A stretch of 63,059 bases of DNA, counting the filler, from Chiloscyllium plagiosum (Eukaryota), in NCBI RefSeq assembly GCF_004010195.1. It is 4 parts of 2 records of this genome, joined end to end, with 100 filler letters (N's around TTAATTAATTAA, not from the genome) between each part and the next. Parts side by side here need not be neighbours in the genome. Positions count along the whole stretch, not along the records: positions 59,875 to 63,059 come from NC_057717.1; 3 more parts are not named here. One strand, given 5' to 3'. A model generated the notes under the pieces. The model saw nothing but the letters and a program-made list of their open reading frames with translations. It searched no databases and was not told the origin of the DNA. Position numbers and translations under genes: made by a program. This document shows, piece by piece, positions 59,775 through 63,059 of the stretch (position 1 is its first letter; each line of letters begins with the position of its first letter).

Positions 59775-60194
59775 NNNNNNNNNNNNNNNNNNNNNNNNNN
59801 NNNNNNNNNNNNNNNNNNTTAATTAATTAANNNNNNNNNNNNNNNNNNNNNNNNNNNNNNNNNNNNNNNNNNNNCATTCCCACACACTCGATCACTCGAA
59901 GCAGACACAGGTCACTCCTTCCCAATTCCTAATACGGAGGGTGGAAACGTTGCTGTCCTGAAGAATTCTGTCCCAGTTTCCTGAAGACAAACGGTGTTTG
60001 GAAGTTTTTGTCTTTTGGTCTAAATTGTGGTGGATCCTGTGTCGTGGAGAAATGTAAACGCAGGGAAAAGGTATTCACCCCTTTAACTGCCTGAGGGGCC
60101 TTCGGAACAGTGTCTGCTTCTCCCTGGAACGGGATATCTTCCCTCGGGATCTTATCGTTTCTTCAATTCACTGACGTTCGGCCGTTCACAAACT

Positions 60195-60978
60195 ATGTCA
60201 GGGACAGAATGTTCCAGGGAATGTCACTTATACAATGTTGGGGACAGAACGTTCCGGGGAATGTCAGTAATAGAATGTTGGGGACAGAACGTTCGGGGAA
60301 TGTCAGTTATAGAATGTTATGGATTGAACTTTCCGTGGAATGTCAGTTATAGAATGTTGGGGACAGAATGTTCCGGGGAATGTCAGTTATAGAATGTTGG
60401 GGACAGAACATTCCAGGGCATGTCAGTTATAGAATGTTGGGGACAGAACTTTCCGGGGAATGTCAGTTATAGAATGTCGGGGACAGAACATTCCGGGGAA
60501 TGTCAGTTATAGAATGTTAGGGAGAGGACATTCCGAGGAATGTCAGTTATAGAATGTTGGGGGCAGAACGTTCCGGGGAATGTCAGTTATAGAGTATCGG
60601 GGACAGAACATTCCGGGGAATGTCTGTTATAGAATGTTGGGGACAGAACGTTTCGGGGAATGTCAGTTATAGAATGTCGGGGGCAGAACGTTCCAGGGAA
60701 TATCAGTTATAGAATGTTGGGGACAGAATGTTCTGGGGAATGTCAGTTATAGGATGTTGGGGATGGAACGTTTCGGGGAATGTCAGTTATAGAATGTTGG
60801 TGGCAGAAAGTTCCGGGGAATGTCAGTTATAGAATGTTGGGGGCAGAAAGTTCCGGGGAATGTCAGTTATAGGATGTTGGGGATGGAACGTTTTGGGAAT
60901 GTCAGTTATAGAATGTTGGGGATGGAACGTTCCGGGGAATGTCAGTTATAGGATGTTGGTGACAGAAGGTTCCGGGGA
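60195..60978 (+). repeat. 40-bp satellite (TTCCGGGGAATGTCAGTTATAGAATGTTGGGGACAGAACG), about 19 copies
   Basis: Clear 40-bp periodicity. Confidence 0.95.
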
Positions 60979-61199
60979 TCTCCGTGACCTGTCCATCACC
61001 TTTCCCCCATACCCACCCCACCAACATGATGTACTGTGCCTGGGAACACTGTAACATTAATGGAATGAGAGACGGAGGGTCCAATCACAGGAATGGGAAC
61101 TAAAGGCATTGCCAGATCAGCTGAAATGGTTAGATATACCACATTCTCAATCCATCTCACAGAACCAGCCCAAAAACTATCAACCCAGAAGAGATATCT

Positions 61200-62262
61200 G
61201 TTCACTGTGGAACATTGTGCAGACCAGGCCAGTGTACTGCTCAGTACAACCCAGCAATCTGGCCAGATTTATCCATTGCATTGGTCAATACAATCCAGCA
61301 ATCTGTCCAGAGTGGAGCACTGTGCAGATCACAGCAGTGCATTGATCTATAAGCATGGACTAGATATCTGACCATCATGGGGAGCTGTGCAGATCACAGA
61401 AATTCATTATCTATAAAACTCAACCAAACAGTCTGAGCAGCACAGCGAGCTGGGCAGTGAGCACCCGTGAATTAAGCTGTAAAGCAGCAGTTACCCGCCC
61501 AGCATGTAGGGCTGTGTACACCATCCCGGTGCATTGATCTGTTAACCAGGAGCAGTTACCCTCTCAGTGTGTAGGGCTCTGTGCAACAGCCCAGTGCATT
61601 GATCTGTAAACCAGGAGCAGTTACCCTCCCAGCATGTAGCACTGTGTACACCACCCCAGTGAATTGATCTGCAAACCAGGAGCAGTTACCCTCTCAGCAT
61701 GTCGGACTGTGTACATCACCCCTGTGCATTGAGCTGCAAACCCCCACCAGTTATCTTCCCAGCATATAGGGCTCTGTACACCATCCCAGTGCATTGATCT
61801 GTAAACCAGGAGCAGTTACCCTCTCAGCATGTAGGACTGTGTACCCCACCACAGTGCATTGATCTGTAAACCAGGAGCAGTTACCCTCCTAGTGTGTAGG
61901 GCTTGGTGCAACGCACCAGTGCATTGATCTGTAAACCATGAGCAGTTACCTTCCCAGCATGTAGGACTGTATACACCACCCCAGTGCATTACACTGTAAA
62001 CCAGGAGAAGTTACCCTCCCAGCATGTAGGACTGTGTCCACCATCCCTGTGCATTGTACTGTAAACCAGGAGCAGTTACCCTCCCAGCATGTAGGACTGT
62101 GTACACCATCCCAGTTCACTGTAATGTAAACCAGGAGCAGTTACCCTCCCAGCATGTAGGACTGTGTACACCATCCCTGTGCATTGTACTGTAAACCAGG
62201 AGCAGTTACCCTCCCAGTGTGTAGAACTGTGTACACCATCCTAGTGCATTGCTCAGTAAGAC
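61200..62262 (+). repeat. 65-bp satellite (GCATTGATCTGTAAACCAGGAGCAGTTACCCTCCCAGCATGTAGGACTGTGTACACCATCCCAGT), about 12 clear copies plus decayed ones
   Basis: Unit starts at 61986, 62051, 62116 and 62181. Confidence 0.95.
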
Positions 62263-62777
62263 TGTGTCAGATCCCTCCGCAGCGTAGGGAAATTTGCAGC
62301 CCATGCTGGAAGTGACAGGATGTGCAGCTCCCATCCATTTACAGCTCCATATCTCCATTGTGTCATGACAAGGGGGTGCTGTGGGTGTGAACATCATTGG
62401 CGTGGGAATCAGTTTAAATATCACCACATGGGAGGAGTTTGGTGTATAAACAAAATGGGGGAGACTGAGAGACAGTGTCATGGAAAAATGTGTTCGCAGG
62501 TTTCAGAATGCTGAAACGTAGACACTTCGATAGCATCCTGTAACATGAGCCAGATTTCCCAGGAAAGATGGGCAAAAGGGATATTGAAGTGAAGTCAGAT
62601 GAGAATTTGTTCTGCAGCTATGTAACTGGGAGTGGGGTCACCAGAGTCTGATTCATTGGGCTGAATCTAACAATAATTTTTCTCAGTGCCATTTTCATTG
62701 AGTGTGACATAGAGATTGTCCTCATGAGTCTGACCTAGTTTCCTGGAGTTATCTCATTGAACTCACCTCATTAACTA

Positions 62778-63059
62778 GGTAAAAACAATGTCTGCAGATG
62801 CTGGAAACCAGATTCTGGATTAGTGGTGCTGGAAGAGCACAGCAGTTCAGGTAGCATCCGAGGAGCAGTAAAATCGGCGTTAGGGCAAAAGCCCTTCATC
62901 AGGAATACAGGCAGAGTGCCTGAAGGGTGGAGAGATAAATGAGAGAAGGGTGGGGTAGGGAGAAAGTAGAATAGAGTACAATAGGTGAGTGGGGGAGGGG
63001 ATGAAGGTGATAGGTCAGGGAGGAGGGTGGAGTGGATAGGTGGAAAATGAGTTAGGCAG
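62778..63059 (-). mobile_element. Penelope-like (Neptune-like) 3' end
   Basis: Homologous to 931-1190; hammerhead relic at 62872-62906. Confidence 0.85.

Noticed and set aside
60195..62262. CRISPR-like arrays
   Set aside because: The units are head-to-tail with no unique spacers, there are no cas genes, and the context is vertebrate.

Overview
Eukaryotic, repeat-dominated DNA with no intact host protein-coding gene. The repeat content (HE1-type V-SINEs, CR1 and L1 LINEs, two Penelope-like families) points to a cartilaginous fish, probably a shark; this is an inference. Artificial N..TTAATTAATTAA..N linkers at about 25.1, 49.5 and 59.8 kb show that four contigs were concatenated, so adjacency across them is not biological. 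Contig 1 (1-25093) has inverted Penelope-like fragments, a decayed tRNA gene cluster (about a dozen pseudogenes: iMet x3, Arg-TCT and Ile-TAT with introns, His, Pro, Ser, Leu, several Val), a solo LTR and a 4-kb minisatellite apparently derived from an L2 LINE. Contig 2 (25194-49409) has a nearly complete but defective class I, HERV-I-like endogenous retrovirus on the minus strand (LTR, tRNA-Pro PBS, gag-UAG-pro-pol, env, PPT). It was segmentally duplicated with its AT-rich flank, and a younger CR1 sits in one copy only. Contig 3 has nested L1, CR1 and SINE copies plus Penelope elements carrying minimal hammerhead ribozyme motifs, one of them near-intact. Contig 4 has 40-bp and 65-bp satellites. 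The strongest leads are the provirus with a possibly swapped env, the fossil tRNA cluster, the hammerheads and an unexplained AT-rich unit of about 2.5 kb. I see no clearly novel functional system. All alignments were done by eye, so boundaries are approximate.
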